Assembly: GCA_965207225.1 (NCBI GenBank) | Contig: CBDBLV010000005.1 | Location: 1,696,001-1,760,000 of the forward strand | DNA length: 64,000 bases | Source: Dehalococcoidia bacterium | GTDB lineage: Bacteria; Chloroflexota; Dehalococcoidia; Plut-88900 | Direction: 5' to 3' | Part shown: positions 8,546-18,854 of the stretch, in pieces | Layout of the letters: each line of letters begins with the position of its first letter | How positions within the stretch are numbered: position 1 is the stretch's first letter | Notes under the pieces: model-generated | Seen by the model: the letters and a program-made list of their open reading frames with translations, nothing else | Database searches by the model: none | What the model was told of the DNA's origin: nothing | Position numbers and translations under genes: made by a program

Positions 8546-9937
8546 ATGGACGCTTTGATACAGAACGCGGTGGTGATTACCTGCGACGACGGTGGGTCAG
8601 TGATCGAAAATGGGGCTGTTGCGGTGCTTGGGAAGAGGATAGAGGAGGTTGGGGACTCGGGGGAGATGGAGAGGAAGTATGAGAGCCTGGACAGGATTGA
8701 TGCCTCCGGAAAGGCCTTGTTGCCGGGTTTCGTAAATGCCCACACGCACTCCGTACTCACAGTGCTTCGGGGCACAGTGGAGGACATGGGCGGCGATGCC
8801 ATCTATGGGTACATGTCACCCATCTCGTTCGCCATGACCACCGAGGACCGGCAGGCCATGAACGCCCTCGGGTGCCTGGAGGCTATCAGGTCGGGAACAA
8901 CGACGATGGTCGATCCCTTCCGGCACGTCTACCAGTACGCCCAGACAATGGCTGACTCGGGCGTAAGGCTATTCCTGAGCGAAAGCTGCGCCGACGCCCT
9001 CAACTTGAAAATCCGGTACGGCATCTACGAATACTCCGAAGAATGGGGACAGGAGTTCCTGGGTAGGGCCGAGCGGCTCATCGAAGAGTTTCACGGGATG
9101 GATGAGGGTCGGGTGCAGTGCCAGGTGGCGGCGCACGCACCGGACAACTGCTCACCCTGGATGCTGAGGAAGCTGCTGGACCTTTCGGAGAAGCACGGTC
9201 TGCGTAGGACGGTGCACCTGGCGCAAAGCCAGAAGGAGCTGGACCAGGTGAGAGCGGTGAGCGGGAAGTCCTCGGCGGGATATCTGCGGGACAACGGGTG
9301 GCTTGGTCGGGATGTGCTGGCGGCCCACTGGTTCTTCTGCGACGAGGCTGACGTCGAGATCCTCGCCGAGACCGGGACCCACATGGCCCACTGCCCGTCG
9401 CCCAGCGCTCGGACGGGCCGGTACCCGATCCCCAGGATGCCGAAAATCACCGACTCGGGGATAAACGTGACCCTGGGCACGGACAATATGACGGAGAATA
9501 TGTTTCACGCCCTGAACTTTGGGCTTGTGCTGAACCGTAGCCTGCGGCATGAGACACCACCCAAGCCCATGCCCCAGGACCTGCTGAACTGGGCGACGTT
9601 GAACGGGGCAAAGTCCGTCGGGATGGAGGATGAGCTTGGGTCAATAGAGGCCGGGAAGTTAGCTGATCTGACCTTCGTGGATTTGAGTCGGGCGCACCTT
9701 GTACCTGCGATAAGCCCGGTGTCGAACCTAGTGCACTATGGAGATGCGGGTGATGTTGACTCGGTCATGGTGGATGGGGAATTCGTGATGCGGGAGGGCA
9801 AGGTACTGACAATGGACGAGGATGAGGTCATTGAGAAGGCGAGAGAGTCGACGCTCAGGGTGTGGCAGCGGTTCAAAGAGGAATACGCAGATATCTACGT
9901 ACCCGCCTACCCGGGCCCCGACTTTCCGAAAAACTAG
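8546..9937 (+). CDS. Amidohydrolase, MTA/SAH deaminase-like
   Basis: PGFVNAHTH, HLAQ, AHCP, GTD, GSIEAGKLAD. Confidence 0.9.
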   Translation: MDALIQNAVVITCDDGGSVIENGAVAVLGKRIEEVGDSGEMERKYESLDRIDASGKALLPGFVNAHTHSVLTVLRGTVEDMGGDAIYGYMSPISFAMTTEDRQAMNALGCLEAIRSGTTTMVDPFRHVYQYAQTMADSGVRLFLSESCADALNLKIRYGIYEYSEEWGQEFLGRAERLIEEFHGMDEGRVQCQVAAHAPDNCSPWMLRKLLDLSEKHGLRRTVHLAQSQKELDQVRAVSGKSSAGYLRDNGWLGRDVLAAHWFFCDEADVEILAETGTHMAHCPSPSARTGRYPIPRMPKITDSGINVTLGTDNMTENMFHALNFGLVLNRSLRHETPPKPMPQDLLNWATLNGAKSVGMEDELGSIEAGKLADLTFVDLSRAHLVPAISPVSNLVHYGDAGDVDSVMVDGEFVMREGKVLTMDEDEVIEKARESTLRVWQRFKEEYADIYVPAYPGPDFPKN

Positions 9938-9968
9938 CTACACATGAAGAGATTTCCAAGGAGACACA

Positions 9969-11228
9969 ATGGCTGAACGAAGGCTCATAAACCCGGCTAA
10001 CTGGCCCTATTTCGATCATTCGAAAATGCCGTACTCGCTGGGAGCGGAGAAGAACGGCATCCTCTATCTGTCAGGGCAGACGGCGGAGCGGGAAAACCCC
10101 CAGACCGGGAAGATCGAGTGCATGGGAGACGCGGTGGAGCAGATGGACGTGATCATGGAGAAGCACAAGCTCTTGATCGAGGCCTGTGGCGGAACGCCAT
10201 ACGACATGACCAACCGCACGGTCTTCACGTCGGCGGCGGGCAGTCCGCCACTGTCGCACTATAAGCGCGCCTTCCGGTCGTCACCCACTGTTTCCCCGGA
10301 CACGTGGCGGAGCAATTTCGGGCCGAACTATGCGCCGGGCACGGGCCTTTACATGCAGGGCAACCTGAACCTGAACGCCATCTGGAGCGTTGACCTCGTG
10401 CTGGACATCAGCCCCGGCGAGAAGAAATATATCAACCCCGGCTACCCGCCCTTCCCGGAGAAGACCATCGCGTCCTACGAGAGCGGGACGAACCGGCCCG
10501 GGGTTCTCAAGAACGACATCCTGTGGAGCGCGGGTCAGGCGCCCTGGTACATCGACGAGAACGATGAGCGGGCCTGCCCGTGGTCGCTCTACGACCAGAC
10601 GAAGTACCTGTTCGAGAAGTTTGACATGATCCTGGCGGAAGGAGGAATGACCCGCGAGGACGTGATTATGACCCGGGACTACATTATCCCCGCCGCCCGA
10701 CCCTTCTACCGACAGACCGCTGACCTGCGCCGGGAGTTCTTCGGCGAGGAATTTCCGGCTTCCACGGGGGTCGTGTGCCTGGCTCTTAATGCCCCAGAGT
10801 GGATGATCGAGATCAACTTGGTCGCGGTGAAGGGAGGCAAGAAGGAGACAGTGCTGGCGGAAAGGGCCCACACGCAGGGGATTACCTTCCTGCCCGGCGT
10901 GAAGAAGGGCAACCTCTTCTTCGTCTCAGGGACTACGGGGCATCACCCGGAGACCGGGGCCCTGGCCGTCGGAGACTTGGAAGCCCAGACCCGACAGACC
11001 TACCAGAACATCGCCGAGGTGCTGGATGCCGGAGACGCCAGCTTCAAGGACGTGCTGAAGGTCACCGACTACATAGACGAAGCGGCTCTGCCCAACTACC
11101 AAAAGGCTATAGACGTGCGTCGGGAGTTCTTCGGGTCGGAGCTTCCGGCGGCATCCACAACCGTCGTCAACCGGCTCCTCGATCCCCAGGCCCTGATAGA
11201 GGTAGAGGCCATAGCGGTAGTCGACTGA
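9969..11228 (+). CDS. Triple RidA/YjgF-domain fusion protein
   Basis: Three repeats with LYLSGQ / LWSAGQ / FFVSGT; IEINLVA and IEVEAIA ends; RREFFG repeated. Confidence 0.85.
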   Translation: MAERRLINPANWPYFDHSKMPYSLGAEKNGILYLSGQTAERENPQTGKIECMGDAVEQMDVIMEKHKLLIEACGGTPYDMTNRTVFTSAAGSPPLSHYKRAFRSSPTVSPDTWRSNFGPNYAPGTGLYMQGNLNLNAIWSVDLVLDISPGEKKYINPGYPPFPEKTIASYESGTNRPGVLKNDILWSAGQAPWYIDENDERACPWSLYDQTKYLFEKFDMILAEGGMTREDVIMTRDYIIPAARPFYRQTADLRREFFGEEFPASTGVVCLALNAPEWMIEINLVAVKGGKKETVLAERAHTQGITFLPGVKKGNLFFVSGTTGHHPETGALAVGDLEAQTRQTYQNIAEVLDAGDASFKDVLKVTDYIDEAALPNYQKAIDVRREFFGSELPAASTTVVNRLLDPQALIEVEAIAVVD

Positions 11229-11238
11229 GGGATTGGGC

Positions 11239-12411
11239 GTGAAGATAGAAAACATAAAGTCTTACCTCGTCTACTCCAAGGGCCATCGGGCTGGAATGAT
11301 CGGGGGGAAGCACTGGCTCTTCGTCAAGGTCGAGACGGACGAGGGCATCCACGGGTGGGGCGAGTGCTACACCCAGCTGGACAGGGACCGCGCCATCCAA
11401 GCCCACGCGGAGGAGCTGGGTCGCTACCTGGTCGGCAGGGACCCGTTCAACATCAAGCACACCACCCAGATGGCCTACGACGACTATGCCGGGCGTCGAG
11501 GGTCGATGGAGTTCTACTGCGCACTGAGCGGGATAGAGCAGGCGATGTGGGACGTGGTGGGGAAGAAGCTGGGCGTGCCGGTCTACCAGCTCCTCGGCGG
11601 GGCTTGCCGGGAGAAGATCCGGGTCTACGCCAACGGCTGGTACGGCGGAGCCAAGGACCCCGAGGACTTCGCCACCATGGCCAGAGAGGTGATTGAGCAG
11701 GGTTTCACCGCCTTGAAGTTCGACCCCTTCCCCGGGCCGTGGCGGCTGTACGTGGACAAGGAGGTCGAGGAAGCCGCCGTGGAGAACATCGCGGCGGTGC
11801 GGGGGGCGGTGGGGGAGAAGGTCGACATCCTGATTGAAGTGCACAGGCGCCTTTCGCCGATGAATGCAGTGCGTGTGGCAAAACAGGTCGAACGGTTCAG
11901 GCCCTTCTGGTACGAGGAGCCTGTACCATCGGAGAACCTGAAAGCCATGGCCGAGGTGAGGAGCCAGATCGACATCCCTGTGGTCACCGGCGAGGCCTTA
12001 TACGGCAAAGCCGCATTCCGTGAAGTCTTCGACAATCGGGCCGTTGACATAATCAATCCGGACGTCGCCAACTGCGGCGGTATCCTGGAGCTGAAAGAGA
12101 TTGCGGCCATGGCCGAGCCCCACTACGTGGCCGTCTCGCCGCACAACTACAACAGCACGTCGGTGGCCTTGGCCTCGACGGTGCAGGTGTCTGCGTGCAT
12201 CCCGAACTTCCTGATAACGGAATACTTCATCAACTTCGCTGAAAAGGCCAACGACATCACGGTCGACCCAATCCAGGTGAAGGACGGCTACATTCAGTTG
12301 CCCCAAACGCCAGGGCTGGGGATCGAGCTGGATGAGTCGAAGCTGGAGGCAGAAGGCTACGTACAGCCGCCGCCAAGGGCTTTGAAGACGTTCGACCAGG
12401 AGGGGCCGTAG
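11239..12411 (+). CDS. Mandelate racemase / galactonate dehydratase-like enolase
   Basis: GWGE, GVPVYQLLGG, KFDPF, EVH, YEEP, TGE, PHN. Confidence 0.9.
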   Translation: MKIENIKSYLVYSKGHRAGMIGGKHWLFVKVETDEGIHGWGECYTQLDRDRAIQAHAEELGRYLVGRDPFNIKHTTQMAYDDYAGRRGSMEFYCALSGIEQAMWDVVGKKLGVPVYQLLGGACREKIRVYANGWYGGAKDPEDFATMAREVIEQGFTALKFDPFPGPWRLYVDKEVEEAAVENIAAVRGAVGEKVDILIEVHRRLSPMNAVRVAKQVERFRPFWYEEPVPSENLKAMAEVRSQIDIPVVTGEALYGKAAFREVFDNRAVDIINPDVANCGGILELKEIAAMAEPHYVAVSPHNYNSTSVALASTVQVSACIPNFLITEYFINFAEKANDITVDPIQVKDGYIQLPQTPGLGIELDESKLEAEGYVQPPPRALKTFDQEGP

Positions 12412-12422
12412 AAGATGGAGGG

Positions 12423-13583
12423 TTAGAACTCCCCCTCGGGCTCCATTCCCAGGAAGTACTGGCCCGCCTTTTCATAGTGCTCGAAGCGTCCCTGGATCTG
12501 CTGGGTGATGACGTGGGAGTCCTGGAACCGGCGCTGGATCGGGTTGCGTTCGAAGATGGCGTCCGACCCACACAGGTTGTATGCCATGTCCGTGACCTGT
12601 GCCCCGACCCGTATGGCATGAGTGCTGGCCAGCCGCAGCTTGATCCGCTCATCGATTGTCAATGAGCCGTCGACACATACGGACTCCCATGCCCTCTCCG
12701 CCGCATCGAAAAGGAAGGCCCTTGCGGAGCGCCATGTGGCCTCGGCCTGTCCTATGCCCCGCTGAAAGGTGGACTTGTCTCTGAGCAGGGAACCTTCACG
12801 CTCGGCGCGCTTGTGGATTCCAAGCTCGATGGCCGCGTCCAGCCCGGCCCTCGCCACACCCAGGGCCACGCACCCGAACCCCGAGGAGAAAATCAGGGTC
12901 ATGGGCATCGCGTAGAGCGGCCCGTCATCCCAGGGCTTCTGACTCCAGAAGAAGGTGTGGGACTCGGGGACGAATAGGTCGTCGATTTCGAAGTTGAAGC
13001 TGCCCGTGCCCCGGAGGCCGTTCACGTCCCACACGTCTACCAGCTTCACCTGCTCTTTCGGCATGACCAGGAGCAGGTCGTCGGGGCTGCGGGAACGCAT
13101 CCGGGCCCCGATCTTGTTTTTCGGGACGAGGGCGACCATCCAGTTGGCATGATGACAGCCGCTGCTGAAACGCCAGCTTCCCGTTAGTCGATAACCGCCG
13201 TCGACGGGGATTACGTCGGCCTCTATGGGTGGGCCGTTGGCTAGTACGGCTCGTTCATCGCTCCAGATCTGCCGGGCTGTGGGCTCAGGGATCTTGGGGG
13301 CCTGCAGGGCGAGCACAGTGTTCTGGTTCACGCACCAGCCGGTTGAACCGTCGCCCTCTGCGAAAGTCTGGACGACCCTGAGGTAGTCTGGGTAGTCGAT
13401 TTCAAAGCCTCCCAACGCCCGGGGCACGAGCATGCGAAAGAACCCGCCGTCCGTAATGGCCTCAGCAACTTCCGTAGAGAGCTCTCGATAAAGAGTTCCC
13501 TCCCCAGCCGACTCCCGGACCAGAGGTTGAAGGCCACGCGCCGCCTCCAGGAACGATATTGTCTTTGCCAGCGCCGCAGCCAT
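12423..13583 (-). CDS. Flavin-dependent hydroxylase, acyl-CoA dehydrogenase-like (HsaA type)
   Basis: GDGSTGW, GSWRFSSGC, WDVNGLRGTGS, IQRRFQD. Confidence 0.88.
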   Translation of the reverse strand: MAAALAKTISFLEAARGLQPLVRESAGEGTLYRELSTEVAEAITDGGFFRMLVPRALGGFEIDYPDYLRVVQTFAEGDGSTGWCVNQNTVLALQAPKIPEPTARQIWSDERAVLANGPPIEADVIPVDGGYRLTGSWRFSSGCHHANWMVALVPKNKIGARMRSRSPDDLLLVMPKEQVKLVDVWDVNGLRGTGSFNFEIDDLFVPESHTFFWSQKPWDDGPLYAMPMTLIFSSGFGCVALGVARAGLDAAIELGIHKRAEREGSLLRDKSTFQRGIGQAEATWRSARAFLFDAAERAWESVCVDGSLTIDERIKLRLASTHAIRVGAQVTDMAYNLCGSDAIFERNPIQRRFQDSHVITQQIQGRFEHYEKAGQYFLGMEPEGEF

Positions 13584-13584
13584 C

Positions 13585-14436
13585 CTAGATCTGGCTGTAC
13601 CCCGAACCTGGCTCGCTCACTCCTACACCCTGCCCTCCGCCCATCAAACCGTACTCCTTCAGGATTTCCTGGGTGTACGTGACCCGTCCTGTTATCTTTT
13701 CCAAGGGCTCGGTGGCGAGAAGTAGGGTGGCCTTGGCCATCAGTTCCGGGTGTTCCCCCCGGGGGTCGTCCATGCTGTCGACCAGCTTGTGATAGAGGGT
13801 GCCGGGGGTCGGGACTACCACCGACGGCGAGAGGCAGGTTACGGAAACTCCGTATTCGAAGACTTCAAGGGCAAGGCCCTGGGTGAACCGTTCAAGGGCG
13901 GCCTTCTCGGCGCCATAGCAGGTGTCCCCGATGTCCTCCTTGGATTTTTCATCGTACGGGCCTCGGCCCGGGCCTATGGCGGAGCTGGATGAAATGTTGA
14001 CTATGCTGCCACCCTTCTTGCTGATCATGTCGGGGAGCACGAGCTGGCTCAGCATGAAAGGGGCGTGGATGTTGACCGCCCAGGTGCGCATCCAACGGTT
14101 GAGCGGGTAGTCTTTGATGGGGATGAAGTAGGTCAGGGCGGCGTTGTTTACCAGGACGTCGGCGGGGCCATAAGCAGCCTTTGTCTCTTCGATCAGCCTT
14201 TCGCAGTCCTCAGGGAGGGAGATGTTGGCCGCCACCGGCGTGGCCTCGCCCCCCGACTCCCGGATCTGGGCGCAGGTCATCTCCAACGAGCCTTCGAGGA
14301 TGTGGTCGCCTTCTTTCAGGGTGCGGGCGACGCACACGACTCGGGCCCCTTCCTGGGCAAATAACTGGCTAATCCATGCGCCGATGCCCCTGCTTGCGCC
14401 CGTGACAATCGCAACTTTTCCGTCGAGTTTTCCCAT
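13585..14436 (-). CDS. SDR family oxidoreductase
   Basis: TGASRGIG, NNAA, NISS, YGAEK; start MGKLDGK at 14436. Confidence 0.92.
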   Translation of the reverse strand: MGKLDGKVAIVTGASRGIGAWISQLFAQEGARVVCVARTLKEGDHILEGSLEMTCAQIRESGGEATPVAANISLPEDCERLIEETKAAYGPADVLVNNAALTYFIPIKDYPLNRWMRTWAVNIHAPFMLSQLVLPDMISKKGGSIVNISSSSAIGPGRGPYDEKSKEDIGDTCYGAEKAALERFTQGLALEVFEYGVSVTCLSPSVVVPTPGTLYHKLVDSMDDPRGEHPELMAKATLLLATEPLEKITGRVTYTQEILKEYGLMGGGQGVGVSEPGSGYSQI

Positions 14437-14559
14437 TGATTTCTCCTCGGGCCGAAGGGCCCGGACCATATTATCACGTCTTTCCCAATGCCTATCGATA
14501 ACACCCGGCCATTGGAGTAATATGTCTACACCCCAAGCAGGACCAAGGAGAGGGCGAAG

Positions 14560-15432
14560 ATGGCGAAATACAACTATAAGACCGGGTTGCAGGAGATCGG
14601 GGACGGGGTGTTTGCCTACATCCGCGAGGGGATTGGGTGGGACATCTGCAACTCGGGGCTGATCGTTGGCGAGGAAGAGTGCCTGGTGGTTGATGCGATG
14701 ATGGTCGAGAGCATGGTCACGGCCTTCATGGAGGACGTTCGAAAGGTGACCGACAAGCCCGTCCGCTATGTAGTCGATACCCATCACCACGCCGACCACG
14801 CTTTCGGAAACCAGTTCTACCGGCCCCACGCCAACGTCGTCGGCCACGAGGGGTGTAGGGTATCTCTCCTCCGTCGGGGCGCCGACCCCGACGTCCTCAC
14901 AGATCGTTGGCCTCAATACGAAGACGACTGGCGGGTTCTCGAACTGACACCCCCTAACGTAACCTACGCCGACACCATGACCGTGCATCTCGGGGGCCGG
15001 AGCGTCGAGCTCATTCACCCCGGGCCTGCGCACACCTTCGGTGATACGCTTATCTACCTGCCCGATGAGAAGATTCTCTTCACGGGGGACGTGGCCTTCC
15101 AATACCTCGTGCCCCTGGCCGCCGACGGCCACGTCTCCAACTGGATCAAGGTCACCCGCGGCCTGAGAAACAAGATGGATGTCGAGACCCTCGTCACGGG
15201 GCACGGTCCCGTGGCGAGCAAGGATGCCATCGGCTGGACGCACCGCTACTTCAGGAGACTGAAAAAACACTGCAAGAAATACTTCCGCATGGGCAAGGGC
15301 CCGGATGACGCCGCCGCATCCTTCACGCTTGGCGAATTGGAGGGCTGGGAGGAGCCGGAGAGAAACTACATCAACGCCCGGCGCATGTTCATCGAGCTCA
15401 GGGGCGGATCTTTTGAGGAGCGCACGTCTTGA
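14560..15432 (+). CDS. MBL-fold metallo-hydrolase (cyclase-like)
   Basis: THHHADH, AHTFGD, FTGD, GHG. Confidence 0.92.
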   Translation: MAKYNYKTGLQEIGDGVFAYIREGIGWDICNSGLIVGEEECLVVDAMMVESMVTAFMEDVRKVTDKPVRYVVDTHHHADHAFGNQFYRPHANVVGHEGCRVSLLRRGADPDVLTDRWPQYEDDWRVLELTPPNVTYADTMTVHLGGRSVELIHPGPAHTFGDTLIYLPDEKILFTGDVAFQYLVPLAADGHVSNWIKVTRGLRNKMDVETLVTGHGPVASKDAIGWTHRYFRRLKKHCKKYFRMGKGPDDAAASFTLGELEGWEEPERNYINARRMFIELRGGSFEERTS

Positions 15433-16388
15433 CTCAGGTTAAGACGCCCTTCTTCCGCGCCCGAAGGCTTGGGCACGCAAACCTCTTCGTCACCGACGTT
15501 GAGAGGTCGTTGGAGTTCTACAACAAGGTCGTGGGCCTGGAGGTTGTGTACAAGAAGGCAGCGATGGACGACCTCGATGGCCCGGCGGTCGGGGGCTTCC
15601 TGAGCAACGGGAACACGCACCATGACATCGCCGTGTTCAGGCATCCCGACGCCCCAAAACTGAACCACCTGGCTTTTGAGCTGGAGTGCGAGGCGGACCT
15701 GGTGGAAGGCTATCGTGCGGCGGTGGACTCGGGTGAAGAGTTCCGGGTGTCTGACCACAACATCACTCGGAGCCTCTACACCCGGGACCCGGACGGCAAC
15801 GGCATCGAAATCTACTCCGACTCGACAAAGGAGTGGCGCAAAATACGCGGCGACGGACGCACCGTCCGCTACGGCGAGCCCGACTGGACCCCCGGAGACC
15901 CGCCCCGCTTCACGGCAATCGACTCCCGCAATTACCACGAAGACCCGGAATTCCGTCGGGTAGAAGGGGCTGTGTTCCATCCCAAGCGCATTACCCATGC
16001 TGCACTGAGCGTGAATGATATTGAAGCGTCTCTACATTTCTATACCGAAGTGCTCGGGTTACGGGTGCTGTATGGGAGTGTCGCCGAAGACTGCGTAGAA
16101 CTTGGCGGCACCGCTGAGAACGGGCACATTATTCTCATATCGACCCCCGAAGCGGGAAACACGGGTCTGCACCACGCGGGGTTTGAGGTGTGGAATGATG
16201 CAGAGCTTGAAGAGAGCAGACACAAGCTGGAAGGGTCGGATGTGATGCTGAACTGGAGGTTGGATGGGGACGGGAGTCAAGGGGTGGCGATTCGTGACCC
16301 GGATGGGTTTTTGTTGGAGTTTTGGGCGGGAGAGGCGCCGAGACTAAATGCCTTGGTGTCGGGGCCAGTTATGCAGACAGGCGCTTGA
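15429..16388 (+). CDS. Two-domain VOC protein, extradiol dioxygenase-like
   Basis: RLGHANL, HHDIA, NHLAF, DHNITRSLY, DPDGNGIE; second module THAAL, HHAGF, DPDGFLLE. Confidence 0.85.
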   Translation: MTQVKTPFFRARRLGHANLFVTDVERSLEFYNKVVGLEVVYKKAAMDDLDGPAVGGFLSNGNTHHDIAVFRHPDAPKLNHLAFELECEADLVEGYRAAVDSGEEFRVSDHNITRSLYTRDPDGNGIEIYSDSTKEWRKIRGDGRTVRYGEPDWTPGDPPRFTAIDSRNYHEDPEFRRVEGAVFHPKRITHAALSVNDIEASLHFYTEVLGLRVLYGSVAEDCVELGGTAENGHIILISTPEAGNTGLHHAGFEVWNDAELEESRHKLEGSDVMLNWRLDGDGSQGVAIRDPDGFLLEFWAGEAPRLNALVSGPVMQTGA

Positions 16389-16400
16389 TTGCCCTGGGTG

Positions 16401-17738
16401 CTAACGACTTCCCCTCACCCGACTCGGCGGCTTGTCAATAAACTCCTTCGCCAGCTTCAACCCCGTCTCCCGCACTAACTCCCTGTCCCCATCCTCCGAA
16501 CCCTCGTAGGCAACTTTCAGCACGGTATCGTTGCCGTAGGTTGAGATAGGGCCTTCCCCCGACGTCTGCAGGCCCTTGGGGTCTTCACCTCGGGCGACGG
16601 TACGGATGCCCTCACGCATCATCCTGCGCATCCGGATGACGCCCTTGTCCGTAGTTGCCAGGTGCTCCAGGGCGTGCCTGGCGATCAGCCTTTGCCCGAC
16701 CTGCGCATCATAGTCTGCGGGATATCGCTGCCGCTCCTCGTAGGATCGTGCCCGACCTGCTAACTGGGCCGCCACTGCAAAGCCCGGGCTCTTTGTGTAC
16801 TCGTCCTCCTCGCCTTCCGGCACCCACACGAAGGTGAACTCCAGGGTCTCGGTGTCGTTTTTAGGGACCCGCCATCGAAAGATGCGGGGGAGGGCGCACA
16901 GCATCTCCTGTCCATCCGCATACTCCGGCGGAAGTACGCGAGGGTCGGGGATCTGGGCGATATTGGGAATCACCCACTCGATGGTGCGAGACCAGATGTC
17001 AGGCCCGACGCGTCGGGTCTGGAAGCAGTTCAGCCCAACCGGCGTCTCCATCACGTCGAACTCTCCCACGTCCTTCAGGCCTTCCATGGGCCGGCCCTCG
17101 GCGTCCGTAAACTGGACGTTGCTGACCCGTGCGTGGAGGAAACTCTCATGGACCGGATCGACCACGTTGTCCATGATCTGGAGCCAGTTGCAGTGCTTCA
17201 CGTTATAAGTCCCGACCTCCAGCCGGAAGTCCGGCCTCTCGAAAACGTCGTAGACGGGAAACGGGGGCTTTTTCTCTGGAGGGCCCATATAGGCGAAGAC
17301 CAGGCCTCGGTACTCGTGGACGGGGTAAGCGCCCTGGCGCAGCCTGTCTTTCAGGGTTGAGGTTGGGGGTTCACCGGGCGTATCGAGAATCGAGCCGTCA
17401 ACGTCGAACTGCCAGCCGTGGTAGCAACACCTGATCCCGTGCTCCTCGATTACGCCGAATTCCAGGGAAGTGCCCCGGTGGGCGCAGTGCATCTCCAGCA
17501 ACCCCACGTTTCCGCTCTTGTCCCGGAACGCGACCATGTCCTCGCCCATGATGGTGAGTGGGACCGGCAGGTCTTTGAGGTCGGCGGAGTGCGCTACGGG
17601 TTGCCAGAAACGGCGCAGGTACTCGCCGCAGGGGGTCCCGGGGCCCGTGTGGGTGAGTTCGGGGTCCTCCTCCGGCACATCGCGGTGACGGTAGGCGGCG
17701 AAGGGTTCGGTCAGAAAGATTGGTCTAGTCGTGGTCAT
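16401..17738 (-). CDS. Rieske non-heme iron oxygenase (phthalate 4,5-dioxygenase/LigX-like)
   Basis: CAH...CCYHGW Rieske ligands; DPVHESFLH mononuclear Fe motif. Confidence 0.92.
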   Translation of the reverse strand: MTTTRPIFLTEPFAAYRHRDVPEEDPELTHTGPGTPCGEYLRRFWQPVAHSADLKDLPVPLTIMGEDMVAFRDKSGNVGLLEMHCAHRGTSLEFGVIEEHGIRCCYHGWQFDVDGSILDTPGEPPTSTLKDRLRQGAYPVHEYRGLVFAYMGPPEKKPPFPVYDVFERPDFRLEVGTYNVKHCNWLQIMDNVVDPVHESFLHARVSNVQFTDAEGRPMEGLKDVGEFDVMETPVGLNCFQTRRVGPDIWSRTIEWVIPNIAQIPDPRVLPPEYADGQEMLCALPRIFRWRVPKNDTETLEFTFVWVPEGEEDEYTKSPGFAVAAQLAGRARSYEERQRYPADYDAQVGQRLIARHALEHLATTDKGVIRMRRMMREGIRTVARGEDPKGLQTSGEGPISTYGNDTVLKVAYEGSEDGDRELVRETGLKLAKEFIDKPPSRVRGSR

Positions 17739-17746
17739 GCCGACCC

Positions 17747-18802
17747 CTATCGGAACTGGGGCATGATGCTGTTCGAAATCTCCTTCATGTTGCTCTTCTG
17801 GTCGATGATGGCGTACTGGACACAGGAGACGCCGCTCAAGCCGAGCTCGTGAAGGTCGTAAATCTTTTCGTCGATGTCCTCCACGGGCCCCGACAGGTTT
17901 ATTGTGTCGATCACCCTCTGGGAAGCGAGGTGCTTGTGCTTGGCGTGCAGGGACTCGTGTTCGTAAGGGTTGAAGTTCTCATGGATGTTGCGGAACTCGT
18001 CGACGATGCCCGGGCTTTTCTTTTCCAGCCTGCGATACAGCTCCTGGGCCTCGGGGGTGTTGCGCTTGAAAATGGAGCGGTAGAGGCCGTTGGCGCAGGA
18101 AGAGGCGTAGGAGGCGACCTCATGTCGGGCCTCTTCCTTGGAACCGGTCACGTATACCTCTGTGCGGGCCCATGTCTTGATCTTGGCAGGGTCCCGACCC
18201 GCCCGCTCGGCGCCCGTGGCGATCTGCTCCAGGTTCCACTTGATTATCTCCGGCTCCCCCGCCCCGAACATGAGGATTTCGTCGGCGATTTCACCGGCGA
18301 GCTGCATGGCCCTCGGCCCGAGAGGCCCCATGATCACGGGAATGGACTGGCCGTTGAATGGCGTGTTCCTTATCCACTCGGAGTGCCAGGTCTCGCCCCA
18401 GAGCTCCGCGTCGTTGCCGGCAGTGTAGTCCTTAAGGAAGTTGACCGTTTCCCGCTGCATTTTGAGGCTCACCGGGCCCCGGGTCGCTTTTCCCGCCTCC
18501 CGGGCCCCGGCCCCCAGGCCGATGAAAGCCCTGCCTCCGGTGAGCTCCCGCAGGCTGGCGGTGAAGTTGGCGATGACCGCCGGATGGTACATGAACGGGT
18601 CCACGACCCCATGACCGATGTGGATGCGCCGGGTGTTCATGGCGGCGATTGTCATCATGCCGAAGCATTCGCGGGACACGTTGCTCTGGTCCACGAAGGT
18701 CAGGTGGGTGAAGCCGCCCTCGTCGGCGACCCTGGCATGGTCGGCGATCTCATCGAACCTCAGCTCCGCCCCGAGCCCTATCCCGAAGTCCATTCTGGCC
18801 AT
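17747..18802 (-). CDS. LLM-class flavin/F420-dependent oxidoreductase (tandem copy A)
   Basis: HPAVIANFTASL, GRAFIGLGAG, GPRAMQLAGEIAD. Confidence 0.92.
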   Translation of the reverse strand: MARMDFGIGLGAELRFDEIADHARVADEGGFTHLTFVDQSNVSRECFGMMTIAAMNTRRIHIGHGVVDPFMYHPAVIANFTASLRELTGGRAFIGLGAGAREAGKATRGPVSLKMQRETVNFLKDYTAGNDAELWGETWHSEWIRNTPFNGQSIPVIMGPLGPRAMQLAGEIADEILMFGAGEPEIIKWNLEQIATGAERAGRDPAKIKTWARTEVYVTGSKEEARHEVASYASSCANGLYRSIFKRNTPEAQELYRRLEKKSPGIVDEFRNIHENFNPYEHESLHAKHKHLASQRVIDTINLSGPVEDIDEKIYDLHELGLSGVSCVQYAIIDQKSNMKEISNSIMPQFR

Positions 18803-18854
18803 TGATTTGCTCCTGCTGCGTATTCCTGACTGTCTGGTGAAGTCGACGCCACGC

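Noticed and set aside
14437-15270. N-terminal extension of the 561-aa SDR ORF
   Set aside because: Antisense shadow of the MBL hydrolase; the SDR begins at 14436
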